Shown: piece by piece, positions 27,851 through 42,139 of the stretch
Position numbering within the stretch: position 1 is the first letter of the stretch
Layout of the letters: every line of letters begins with the position of its first letter
From: Lingula anatina
Lineage: Eukaryota > Animalia > Brachiopoda
Length of the DNA: 64,000 nt
Assembly: GCA_051362555.1 (NCBI GenBank)
Contig: CM120645.1
Coordinates: 17,856,001 to 17,920,000 of the forward strand
Direction: 5' to 3'
Made by a program: the position numbers and the translations under genes
Notes under the pieces: generated by a model
Told to the model about the DNA's origin: nothing
The model's database searches: none
Seen by the model: only the letters and a program-made list of their open reading frames with translations

Positions 27851-30800
27851 CAATAAAGAAACGGAAGTAATAATACAGTGTAGCTGCTAAAACTGCGGGT
27901 AAATATATCCGCAGCTACAAAGCTGAATGACTTCTAACTGAATGCAGCTCGATGGAATTAATCTCCAAAACATCTTTCATAGAATATACTTGTGTGTGCC
28001 TTGATACACAGCAGCTAAGACAATCCTTAACCCTGGACATCTGTTAACACCTTGTCTTGGTCAACTACTTAAGGTCAAAGTGTGCAGACACAAGACCCAA
28101 ACAAAACGTTGATGTATTACCAAAAAGTTAATAGCACCACTAAAACAAACCATTTGCTACATAAATACAATTAATTCTCTTAATTGTAGTTTTAACATGT
28201 ACAGTGCCCACACAACCATGCATAGTAACAAGAATAAATTAAAACAAACACAGTAAAAATATAGACAAACACAGTAATTAGAAACAAATTTCACTTGTAC
28301 AGTGACAACAGTAACATTTACTGTAATAAGAATGAACACAACGAAAAAGAGTGAAAACGAAGTTGTACACAGTTATCTCATAATGTGCAAACACATTCAG
28401 TAACAATACAGAATAGACACAGCAGACAGAATATAAAGAGACACATAGAGATACAGTGACAACACCATCATGCAGAGTAATAATAATGATTACAAACAAA
28501 TAGAGTGACAAAACTGACATAAACAGTGCTCACAATAAATACAAACATCAACAGTAACAACACCAACAAACACAGTAATCAAAATAAATACAAAGAAACA
28601 CAGTCACAATACATTTATACACAGTGATCAGAATAAATTTTGACATGTACAGTGACAAAAGTAAGATTGACCATAATAAGACTGAACAAAACGAAAAAGA
28701 GTGAAAACGAAGTTGTACACAGACATCTCATAATGTACAAACATATTCAGTAACAATACAGAATAGACACAGCAGACAGAATATAAAGAGACACATAGAC
28801 ATACAGTGACAACACCATCATGCAGAGTAATAATAATGATTACAAACAAATAGAGTGACAAAACAGACATAAACAGTGCTCACAATAAATACAAACATCA
28901 ACAGTAACAACACCAACAAACACAGTAATCAAAATAAATGCAAACAAAAAGTCACAAAACAGACATACACAGTGATCAGAATAAATTTTAATATGTCCAG
29001 TGACCACAGAACCATGCATAGTAACAAGAATAAACACAAATTAATCGGGTGATTACACAGTCATACACAGTGATCACAATATATATACAAACACATTCAA
29101 TGACAATACAGAATGGAAACAGTGATCAGAGTATAAACAGATACATAAACTATAATGACAGTGACATCACCAACATGCACAGTTAAAATAATGACTAAAA
29201 ATAAATAAACAGACAAAACTGACATCCACATTGCTGACAATAGATATAAACACAAACAGTGCCAATGCTAAAATGCACAATGATCAAAATGACTACAAAT
29301 AGAGTGACAAAACTGACATACACATTCCTCACAATAAATACAAACACGAACAGTGACAAAACAAACATGCACAGTAATCAAAATAAATAAAAACAAGCAC
29401 AGTCAAAACACAGACATACACAATGATTAGAAAAAAAATTAAATGTACAATGACAACAGTAACGTGCAACATAATGAGAACAAACACAACGAAAAAATGT
29501 AAAAAACATAGCTGCATACAGTCATCACAGTATGTACAAAGTCATTCAGTAACAATACAGAATAGAAACAGCACACAGCATATAAACAGACACATAGACA
29601 TACAGTGACAACACCATCACACACAGTAATAGTAATGATTACAAACAAATAGAGTGACAAAACTGACATACACACTGCTCACAATAAATACAAACATCAA
29701 CAGTAACAACACCAACAAACACAGTAATCAAAATAAATACAAACAAACACAGTCACAAAACAGAAACAGTGATTAGAAAAAAATTTCACAAGTACAGTGA
29801 AAACAATGACATTCAGCATAATGAGAATGAACACAAGGAAAAAGAGTAAAAAAATTTCAAACGTACAGGGACAACAGTAACATTCACCTTAATGACAAGA
29901 ACACAAGGTAAAAGAGTGAAAACAAAATCGTAAACAGTCATCTCGATATGAACAAACACATTCAGTAATAATACAGAATAGAAACAGCAAACAGCATATA
30001 AACAGACACATAAACATATTGACAACACCATCATACAGAGTAATGGTAATGATTACAAACAAATAGAGTTAAAAAACTGACATACACAGTGCTCATAATA
30101 AATACAAACACGAACAGTGACAACACAAACATGCACAGTAACCAAAATAATAAAAACAAACACAGTAAAAATAAAGACAAACACAGTAATTAGAAACAAA
30201 TTTCACTTGTACAGTGACAACAGTAACATTTACCGTAATGAGAATGAACACAATGAAAAAAGAGTGAAAACGAAGTTGTACACAGTCATCTCAAAATGTA
30301 CAAACACATTCAGTAACAATACAGAATAGACACAGGAAACAGAATATAAACAGACACATAAACATAGTGACAACACCATCATGCACAATAATAGTAATGA
30401 TTACAAACAAATAGAGTGACAAAACTGACATACACAGTGCTCACAATAAATACAAACATCAACAGTAACAACACCAACAAACACAGTAATCAAAAAAAAT
30501 ACAAACAAACACAGTCACAAAACAGAAACACAGTGATTAGAAAAAAATTTCACATGTACAGTGACAACAATGACATTCACCATAATAAGAATGAACACAA
30601 GGAAAAAGAGTAAAAAATTTCAAACGTACAGGGACAACAGTAACATTCACCTTAATGACAATGAACACAACGAAAAACAGTGAAAACGAAGTTGTACACA
30701 GTCATCTCATAATGTACAAACACATTCAGTAACAATACAGAATAGACAAAGCAAACAGCATATAAAAAGACACATAGACATATAGTGACAACAGCATCAC

Positions 30801-31419
30801 GCTGAGTAATGGTAATGATTACAAACAAATAGAGTAAAAAAAACTGACATACACTGTGCTCACAATAAATAGAAACATCAACATAAAAAAACTGACATAA
30901 ACAGTGGTCAAAATAAATATAAACATGTACAGTGACAATAATAACATGCACAATAATCAAAATTTATACAAACAAACAGTCACAATACAGACATACACAG
31001 TGATCAGAATAAATTTTAACATGTACAGTGACCACACAACCATGCATAGTAACAAGAATAAACACAAATTAATCGGGTGATTACACAGTGATCACAATAT
31101 ATATACAAACACATTCAATGACAATACAGAACGGAAACAGTGATCAGAGTATAAACAGACACATAAACTATAATGACAGTGACAACACCAACATGCACAG
31201 TTAAAATAAAGACTAAAAATAAATAAACAGACAAAACTGACATCCACATTGCTGACAATAGATATAAACACAAACAGTGCCAACGCTAAAATGCACAATG
31301 ATCAAAATGACTACAAACAAATAGAGTGACAAAACTGACATACACAGTGCTCACAATAAATACAAACACGAACAGTGACAACACAAACATGCAAAGTAAT
31401 CAAAATGAATAAAAACACA

Positions 31420-31536
31420 GATAAATAGTGTTCGGAATTTTGCTGGTAGCGGCTGCTTTTATTGAAAGGTCCCTCTATTAAAGAATGGTGTTAGATATTA
31501 TATAGCATTAAATAATGATAATTAGTTAAAATTACG
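31420..31536. other. ~120 bp non-satellite fragment inside the array
   Basis: The sequence changes abruptly to T/G-richer DNA (GTGTTCGGAATTTTGCTGGTAGCGGCTGC...) between two non-contiguous satellite positions. No TSD or TIR seen. Confidence 0.7.
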
Positions 31537-34500
31537 TAAACAAATAGAGTGACAAAACTGACATACACAGTGCTCACAATAAATACAAACATCAACAGTA
31601 ACAACACCAACAAACACAGTAATCAAAATAAATACAAAGAAACACAGTCACAATACATTCATACACAGTGATCAAAATAAATTTTGACATGTACAGTGAC
31701 AAAAGTAAGATTCACCATAATAAGACTGAACAAAACGAAAAAGAGTGAAAACGAAGTTGTACACAGTCATCTCATAATGTACAAACATATTCAGTAACAA
31801 TACAGAATAGACACAGCAGACAGAATATAAAGAGACACATAGAGATACAGTGACAACACCATCATGCACAGTAATAGTAATGATTACAAACAAATAGAGT
31901 GACAAAACTGACATACACAGTGCTCACAATAAATACAAACATCAACAGTAACAACACCAACAAACACAGTAATCAAAATAAATACAAACAAACACAGTCA
32001 CAAAACAGAAACACAGTGATTAGAAAAAAATTTCACAAGTACAGTGAAAACAATGACATACACCATAATGAGAATGAACACAAGGAAAAAGAGTAAAAAA
32101 ATTTCAAACGTACAGGGACAACAGTAACATTCACCTTAATGACAAGAACACAAGGTAAAAGAGTGAAAACGAAGTCGTAAACAGTCATCTCGATATGAAC
32201 AAACACATTCAGTAACAATACAGAATAGAAACAGCAAACAGCATATAAACAGACACATAGACATATATTGACAACACCATCATGCAGAGTAATGGTAATG
32301 ATTACAAACAAATAGAGTTAAAAAACTGACATACACAGTGCTCACAATAAATACAAACACGAACAGTGACAACACAAACATGCACAGTAACCAAAATAAT
32401 AAAAACAAACACAGTAAAAATACAGACAAACACAGTAATTAGAAACAAATTTCACTTGTACAGTGACAACAGTAACATTTACCGTAATGAGAATGAACAC
32501 AACGAAAAACAGTGAAAACGAAGTTGTACACAGTCATCTCATAATGTACAAACACATTCAGTAACAATACAGAATAGACACAGCACACAGATTATAAACA
32601 GACACATAAACATAGTGACAACACCATCATGCACAATAATAGTAATGATTACAAACAAATAGAGTGACAAAACTGACATACACAGTGCTCATAATAAATA
32701 CAAACATCAACAGTAACAACACCAACAAACACAGTAATCAAAATAAATGCAAACAAAAAGTCACAAAACAGACATACACAGTGATTAGAAAAAAAATTCA
32801 CATGTACAGTGACAACAATGACATTCACCATAATAAGAATGAACACAAGGAAAAAGAGTAAAAAAATTTCAAATGTACAGGGGCAACAGTAGCATTCACC
32901 TTAATGACAATGAACACAACGAAAAACAGTGAAAACGAAGTTGTACACAGTCATCTCATAATGTACAAACACATTCAGTAACAATACAGAATAGACACAG
33001 CACACAGAATATAAAGAGACAGAGATACACTGACAACACCATCATGCAGAGTAATAGTAATGGTTACAAACAAATAGAGAGACAAAACTGACATACACAG
33101 TGCTCAAAATAAATACAAACACGAACAGTGACAACACAAACATGCACAGTAACCAAAATAAATAAAAACAAACAGTAAAAATACAGACAAACACAGTAAT
33201 TAGAAACAAATTTCACCTGTACAGTGACAACAGTAACATTTATCGAAATGAGAATGAACACAACGAAAAAGAGTGAAAACGAAGTTGTACACAGTCATCT
33301 CATTATGTACAAACACATTCAGTAACAATACAGAATAGACATAGCAGACAGAATATAAAGAGACACATAGAGATACAGTGACAACACCATCATACAGAGA
33401 AATAGTAATGATTACATAGAAACACAGTCACAATACAGACATGCACAGTGATCAGAATAAATTTTAACATGTACAGTGACAACATAACCATGCATAGTAA
33501 CAAGAATAAATAAAAACAAACACAGTAAAAATATAGACAAACACAGTAATAAGAAACAAATTTCACTTGTACAGTGACAACAGTAACATTTGCTGTAATA
33601 AGAATGAACACAACGAAAAACAGTGAAAACGAAGTTGTACACAGTCATCTCATAATGTACAAACACATTCAGTAACAATACAGAATAGACACAGCAAAGA
33701 GAATGTAAACAGACACATAGACAATACAGTGACAACACCATCATGCAGAGTAATAGTAATGATTACAAACAAATAGAGTGACAAAACTGACATACACAGT
33801 GCTCACAATAAATACAAACATCAACAGTAACAACAGCAACAAACACAGTAATCAAATTAAATTCAAACAAAAACAGTCACAAAACAGACATATACAGTGA
33901 TTAGAAAAAAAATTCACATGTACAGTGACAACAGTAACATTCACCGTAATAAGAATGAACACAACGAAAAAGAGTGAAAACGAAGTTGTACACAGTCATC
34001 TCATAATGTACAAACACATTCAGTAACAATACAGAATAGACACAGCACACAGAATATAAAGAGACAGAGATACACTGACAACACAATCATGCAGAGTAAT
34101 AGTAATGATTACAAACAAATACAGTGACAAAACTGACATACACAGTGCTCAGAATAAATACAAACACGAACAGTGACAACACAAACATGCACAGTAACCA
34201 AAATAAATAAAAACAAACACAGTAAAAATACAGACAAACACAGTAATTAGAAACAAATTTCACATGTACAGTGACAACAGAAACATTTATTGTAATGAGA
34301 ATGAACACAACGAAAAAAGAGTGAAAACAAAGTTGTACACAGTCATCTCATAATGTACAAACACATTCAGTAACAATACAGAATAGACACAGCAAACAGC
34401 ATATAAACAGACACATAAACATAGTGACAACACCATCACGCAGAGTAATAGTAATGATTACAAACAAATAGAGTGACAAAACTGACATAAACAGAACTCA

Positions 34501-37500
34501 CAATAAATACAAACATAAACAGTAACAACACCAACAAACACAGTAATCAAAATAAATACAAAGAAACACAGTCACAATACATTCATACACAGTGATCAGA
34601 ATAAATTTTGACATGTACAGTGACAAAAGTAAGATTCACCATAATAAGACTGAACAAAACGAAAAAGAGTGAAAACGAAGTTGTACACAGTCATCTCATA
34701 ATGTACAAACATATTCAGTAACAATACAGAATAGACACAGCAGACAGAATATAAAGAGACACATAGAGATACAGTGACAACACCATCATGCACAGTAATA
34801 GTAATGATTACAAACAAATAGAGTTAAAAAACTGACATACACAGTGCTCACAATAAATACAAACACGAACAGTGACAACACAAACATGCACAGTAACCAA
34901 AATAATAAAAACAAACACAGTAAAAATACAGACAAACACAGTAATTAGAAACAAATTTCACTTGTACAGTGACAACAGTAACATTTACCGTATGAGAATG
35001 AACACAACAAAAAACAGTGAAAACGAAGTTGTACACAGTCATCTCATAATGTACAAACACATTCAGTAACAATACAGAATAGACACAGCACACAGAATAT
35101 AAACAGACACATAAACATAGTGACAACACCATCATGCACAATAATAGTAATGATTACAAACAAATAGAGTGACAAAACTGACATACACAGTGCTCATAAT
35201 AAATACAAACATCAACAGTAACAACACCAACAAACACAGTAATCAAAATAAATGCAAACAAAAAGTCACAAAACAGACATACACAGTGATTAGAAAAAAA
35301 TTTCATAAGTACAGTGACAACAATGACATTCACCATAATAAGAATGAACACAAGGAAAAAGAGTAAAAAAATTTCAAATGTACAGGGGCAACAGTAGCAT
35401 TCACCTTAATGACAATGAACACAACGAAAAACAGTGAAAACGAAGTTGTACACAGTCATCTCATAATGTACAAACACATTCAGTAACAATACAGAATAGA
35501 CACAGCAAAAAGAATATAAACAGACACATAGACATACAGTGACAACACCATCATGCAGAGTAATAGTAATGATTACAAACAAATAGAGTAACAAAACTGA
35601 CATACACAGTGCTCATAATAAATACAAACATCAACAGTAACAACACCAACAAACACAGTAATCAAAATAAATGCAAACAAAAATTCACAAAACAGACATA
35701 CACAGTGATTAGAAAAAAATTCACATGTACAGTGACAACAGTAACATTCACCGTAATAAGAATGAACACAATGAAAAACAGTGAAAACGAAGTTGTACAC
35801 AGTCATCTCATAATGTACAAACACATTCAGTAACAATACAGAATAGACACAGCAAAGAGAATATAAAGAGACAGAGATACACTGACAACACCATCATGCA
35901 GAGTAATAGTAATGATTACAAACAAATAGAGTGACAAAACTGACATACACAGTGCTCAAAATAAATACAAACACGAACAGTGACAACACAAACATGCACA
36001 GTAACCAAAATAAATAAAAACAAACAGTAAAAATACAGACAAACACAGTAATTAGAAACAAATTTCACCTGTACAGTGACAACAGTAACATTTATCGAAA
36101 TGAGAATGAACACAACGAAAAAGAGTGAAAACGAAGTTGTACACAGTCATCTCATAATGTACAAACACATTCAGTAACAATACAGAATAGACATAGCAGA
36201 CAAAATATAAAGAGACACATAGAGATACAGTGACAACACCATCATACAGAGAAATAGTAATGATTACATAGAAACACAGTCACAATACAGACATGCACAG
36301 TGATCAGAATAAATTTTAACATGTACAGTGACCACACAACCATGCATAGTAACAAGAATAAATTAAAACAAACACAGTAAAAATATAGACAAACACAGTA
36401 ATTAGAAACAAATTTCACTTGTACGGTGACAACAGTAACATTTGCCGTAATAAGAATGAACACAACGAAAAACAGTGAAAACGAAGTTGTACACAGTCAT
36501 CTCATAATGTACAAACACATTCAGTAACAATACAGAATAGACACAGCAAAGAGAATATAAACAGACACATAGACATACAATGAAAACACCAACACGCAGA
36601 GTATAATAGTAATGATTACAAACAAATAGAGTGACAAAACTGACATAAACAGTGCTCACAATAAATACAAACATCAACAGTAACAACACCAACAAACACA
36701 GTAATCAAAATAAATACAAAGAAACACAGTCACAATACAGACATGCACAGTGATCAGAATAAATTTTAACATGTACAGTGACCACACAACCATGCATAGT
36801 AACAAGAATAAATTAAAACAAACACAGTAAAAATATAGACAAACACAGTAATTAGAAACAAATTTCACTTGTACAGTGACAACAGTAACATTTGCCGTAA
36901 TAAGAATGAACACAACGAAAAACAGTGAAAACGAAGTTGTACACAGTCATCTCATAATGTACAAACACATTCAGTAACAATACAGAATAGACACAGCAAA
37001 GAGAATATAAACAGACACATAGACATACAATGAAAACACCAACACGCAGAGTATAATAGTAATGATTACAAACAAATAGAGTGACAAAACTGACATAAAC
37101 AGTGCTCACAATAAATACAAACATCAACAGTAACAACACCAACAAACACAGTAATCAAAATAAATACAAAGAAACACAGTCACAATACATTCATACACAG
37201 TGATCAGAATAAATTTTGACATGTACAGTGACAATAGTAAGATTCACCATAATAAGACTGAACAAAACGAAAAAGAGTGAAAACGAAGTTGTACACAGTC
37301 ATCTCATAATGTACAAACATATTCAGTAAAAATACAGAATAGACACAGCACACAGAATATAAAGAGACACATAGAGATACAGTGACAACACCATCATGCA
37401 GAGTAATAGTAATGATTACAAACAAATAGAGTGACAAAACTGACATACACAGTGCTCACAATAAATACAAACACGAACAGTGACAACACAAACATGCACA

Positions 37501-37585
37501 GTACCCAAAATAAATAAAAACAAGCACAGTCAAAACACAGACATACACAGTGATTAGAAAAAATATCAAATGTACAGTGACAACA

Positions 37586-39583
37586 TGTAGGGGTCTATGT
37601 TCCACCCTACCCAGGTTTTTCTAATATTTTGCATTTCACTGATGCACGGGAGAGGGAATATAACCAGACTCGCATATTCAGTTCCAAGTCTAAAAGTCTT
37701 TATTAGGTCCCAACATTCAGCATTTATACACATTATCTACAGGGAATCTATCTGCATGCCACAGTGGCAGCAACTCATTTAAATACTAATTGCAATGCAA
37801 TAGATAACAAGTGAGAGCTTCTACTTTTAAGTTATTTCATTCAAGACTGAAGCAAGGTGAATGATAATATGCTGACTGACCGTATAAACATAATATGTAA
37901 ATGAGTGATTTCATCACATGCATTTAGTGGACCTTAACATGTTCCTTCTTTTTCCACAAAAAAAATTATGGTTACATAATTTTTTGAAATAAAGATTCCA
38001 CAGAATACTCAAAGATAAAATTTAAACAGCTAAATACTTATACAAAATATCTATCTCATGATTCAATTACAAAAAAAAAAAAAAAAAAATAGATATCATT
38101 ACTTTTACTAACAATTGTAATAAATTCAGTTCATTGTCTATTCCATTGCTGTACAAAGACGTCATTATTCTAATGTTTTTTTAATTTGAATTTTTATGCT
38201 TCCAAAATATTTTGACAGAGATAAATGTCCAGTTATCATACAGATTGTTTAAACAGCTTTTTTAATGGACTGTACATTTAAAATCTCATCAGTTAAACAA
38301 TTAAGTATCAGGTATATCATGAAACTGTATTCTTTCTTCCATAATACATATCTTGGGAATCTCCCTACATGTTGGAAATTTACCATTTTTGAATAAAAAA
38401 ACCTACTGTCACATATTCTTTATAATTCAATTTAACCTTATATGTAAACACAATTTATGTTATTAGTTTCAAATATGTAAGTCATGAATCATTTGGTGCA
38501 ATTTTACTTAAAACATTGAAACAAGAATATTAAATACTGAGCCAAGTGTAAAATATAGATCTATAAATCCCCCGAACCTACAGTACAGCTCTAACTGATG
38601 CACTATCCTTTAAATGAATAAAAAAAAAATCATATCTTAATTTGAGAGAACAGTTTCATTAGCTCTGTATGTATAAATTCAAATTATTTTCTTTTTATCA
38701 AGAGCTTGTAAAATATGTGGTATTACCTCCAATATTTCTGTGACTGTCAGTCACCATCATCAGGGAGTAAATGACTAGGGTCATTTCACCTGGAATGAAA
38801 ATCCAGGATATCTTAATTTGCAGTGTGGAAGAAGTGTCTATTTTAGTTTCTTTGCCATAAACTTTCTCTGCACCTTTTTGTTGTCTCTGTGAAATTCCCA
38901 TTTTACATCTGTCCATTCTTTTGCATTCTCATAAACATTTTCTGTGTCTGAACCTTGTTTGTCTTCATTCTCTTCAACTTTAACTTCCTCCTCACCTGCA
39001 CTTTGTTTCATCTCTACTTCAGTAAGTTTGTCTCTGTCTGTATCTTTGAAATTAGAAAAATCCATTTCCATTGGTTCATCATTAAGTCCTTCATCAGCAT
39101 TCTTTACATAATCCGTTACAGCCTTTTCATCTACACCATGTTTCTCCACATACTTTGGGTCATCATCATCATCAAGTCCTTCATCCATATTCTTTACATC
39201 ATCTGTTAAAGCCTTTTCAACTACATCAGGTTTCTCATAATACTTCAGTTCACCTATTCTACTCTCTCTTTCAATTAATCTGTTGTCATCATCATCATCA
39301 TCAGTTTTCAATCCTGGCTCTTGTTCTTGTTCTTTCTCAACATACCCTTTACATTTCACATTTCTGCACTTTCATGAAATCGGTTCCCTTTTCTACCTCT
39401 TGTTCCTTTATAATCATAATGTCCTTGCCGAGTTCATTTCCATCATTTTCCTCACCTGAATCACGTTCCTTTACAAACTTCATCTGATTCATACATTCAT
39501 CCTCATTAGCCGTAGTCAGTCTCCTGTATAAACATAATATGTAAATGAGTGATTTCATCACATGCATTTAGTGGACCTTAACA
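37586..39583 (-). mobile_element. Internally deleted LTR retrotransposon (Gypsy-like), copy 2
   Basis: Same ends, same AACA TSD and same satellite insertion point as 12387-14176. LTR at 37586-37939. Retains ~205 bp (~38631-38835) that is missing from copy 1. Confidence 0.8.
38779..39513 (-). pseudogene. Degenerate acidic accessory ORF inside the LTR element, copy 2
   Basis: ORFs 39349..39567 and 38838..39359 carry the same 7 bp frameshift. The TAG at 38838 corresponds to TGG in copy 1, which extends the frame to ...KLKWTLLPHCKLRYPGFSFQVK. Confidence 0.5.
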
Positions 39584-42139
39584 AACAGTAACATGCACCA
39601 CAATGAAAACGAACGCAACGAAAAAAAGTAAAAAACATAGCTGCACACAGTCATCACAGTATGTACAAACTCATTCAGTAACAATACAGAAAAGACACAG
39701 CAGACAGAATATAAAGAGACACATAGAGATACAGTGACAACACCATCATGCAGAGTAATAGTAATGATTACAAACAAATAGTGACAAAACTGACATACAC
39801 AGTGCTCACAATAAATACAAATATCAACAGTAACAACACCAACATGCACAGTAACCAAAATAAATAAAAACAAACACAGTAAAAATACAGACAAACACAG
39901 TAATTAGAAAAAATTTGACGTGTACAGTGACAACAGTAACGTTAACCATAATGGGAATGAACACAAGGAAAAAGAGTGAAAACAAAGTTATACACAGTCA
40001 TCACAATATATATAAACACATTCAGTAACAATACAGAATAGACAAAGCAAACAGCATATAAACAGACACATAGACAAAGTGACAACAGCATCACGCAGAG
40101 TAATGGTAATGATTACAAACAAATAGAGTAAAAAAAAAACTGACATACACAGTGCTCACAATAAATAGAAACATCAACATAAAAAAACTGACATAAACAG
40201 TGGTCAAAATAAATATTAACATGTACAGTGACAATAATAACATGCACAATAATCAAAATGTATACAAACAAACAGTCACAATAAAGACATACACAGTGAT
40301 CGGAATAAATTTTAACATGTACAGTGACCATACAACCATGCATGGTAACAAGAATAAACACAAATTAATCGGGTGATTACACAGTCATACACAGTGATCA
40401 CAATATATATATACAAACACATTCAATGACAATACAGAATGGAAACAGTTATCAGAGTATAAACAGACACATAAACTATAATGACAGTGACATCACCAAC
40501 ATGCACAGTTAAAATAATGACTAAAAATAAATAAACAGACAAAAATGACATCCACATTGCTGACAATAGATATAAACACAAACAGTGCCAATGCTAAAAT
40601 GCAAAGTGTTCAAAATGACTACAAACAAATAGAGTGACAAAACTGACATACACAGTGCTCACAATAAATACAAACACGCACAGTGACAACACAAACATGC
40701 ACAGTAATCAAAATAAATAAAAACAAGCACAGTCAAAACACAGACATACACAGTGATTAGAAAAAATATCAAATGTACAGTGACAACAGTAACGTGCAAC
40801 ATAATGAGAACGAACACAACGAAAAAAAGTAAAAAACATAGCTGCACACAGTCATCACAGTATGTACAAACTCATTCAGTAACAATACAGAATAGACACA
40901 GCAGACAGAATATAAAGAGACACAGAGATACACTGACAACACCATCATGCAGAGTAATAGTAATGATTACAAACAAACAGAGTGACAAAACTAACATACA
41001 CAGTGCTCAAAATAAATACAAACACGAACAGTGACAACACAAACATGCACAGTAACCAAAATAAATAAAAAGAAACAGTAAAAATACAGACAAACACAGT
41101 AATTAGAAACAAATTTCACATGTACAGTGACAACAGTAACATTTACCGTAATAAGAACGAACACAACGAAAAACAGTGAAAACAAAGTTGTACACAGTCA
41201 TCTCATAATGTACAAACACATTCAGTAATAATACATAATAGACACAGCAGACAGAATATAAAGAGACACATAGAGATACAGTGACAACACAATCATACAG
41301 AGATATAGTAATGATTACATAGAAACACAGTCACAATACAGACATGCACAGTGATCAGAATAAATTTTAACATGTACAGTGACCACACAACCATGCATAG
41401 TAACAAGAATAAATTAAAACAAACACAGTAAAAATATAGACAAACACAGTAATTAGAAACAAATTTCACTTGTACAGTGACAACAGTAACATTTGCCGTA
41501 ATAAGAATGAACACAACGAAAAACAGTGAAAACGAAGTTGTACACAGTCATCTCATAATGTACAAACACATTCAGTAACAATACAGAATAGACACAGCAC
41601 ACAGAATATAAACAGACACATAGACATACAGTGACAACACCATCACGCAGAGTAATAGTAATGATTACAAACAAATAGAGTGACAAAGCTGACATACACA
41701 GTGCTCACAATAAATACAAACATCAACAGTAACAACACCAACAAACACAGTAATCAAAATAAATACAAACAAACACAGTCACAAAACAGAAACACAGTGA
41801 TTAGAAAAAAATTTCACAAGTACAGTGAAAACAATGACATTCACCATAATGAGAATGAACACAAGGAAAAAGAGTAAAAACATTTCAAACGTATAGGGAC
41901 AACAGTAACATTCACCTTAATGACAAGAACACAAGGTAAAAGAGTGAAAACAAAATCGTAAACAGTCATCTCGATATGAACAAACACATTCAGTAACAAT
42001 ACAGAATAGAAACAGCAAACAGCATATAAACAGACACATAGACATATATTGACAACATCATCATGCAGAGTAATGGTAATGATTACAAACAAATAGAGTA
42101 AAAAAAAACTGACATACACAGTGCTCACAATAAATACAA

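Larger units (their letters stand above)
26694..28189 (-). mobile_element. Non-autonomous ~1.5 kb element sharing its 3' terminus with the YR retrotransposon
   Basis: 26693-26970 aligns by eye with the reverse complement of ~4210-4482; the terminal ~48 bp are nearly identical. It interrupts the satellite subunit AGAATAAATTTTAACATG with TTTTA on both sides. No recognisable coding capacity. Confidence 0.85.
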
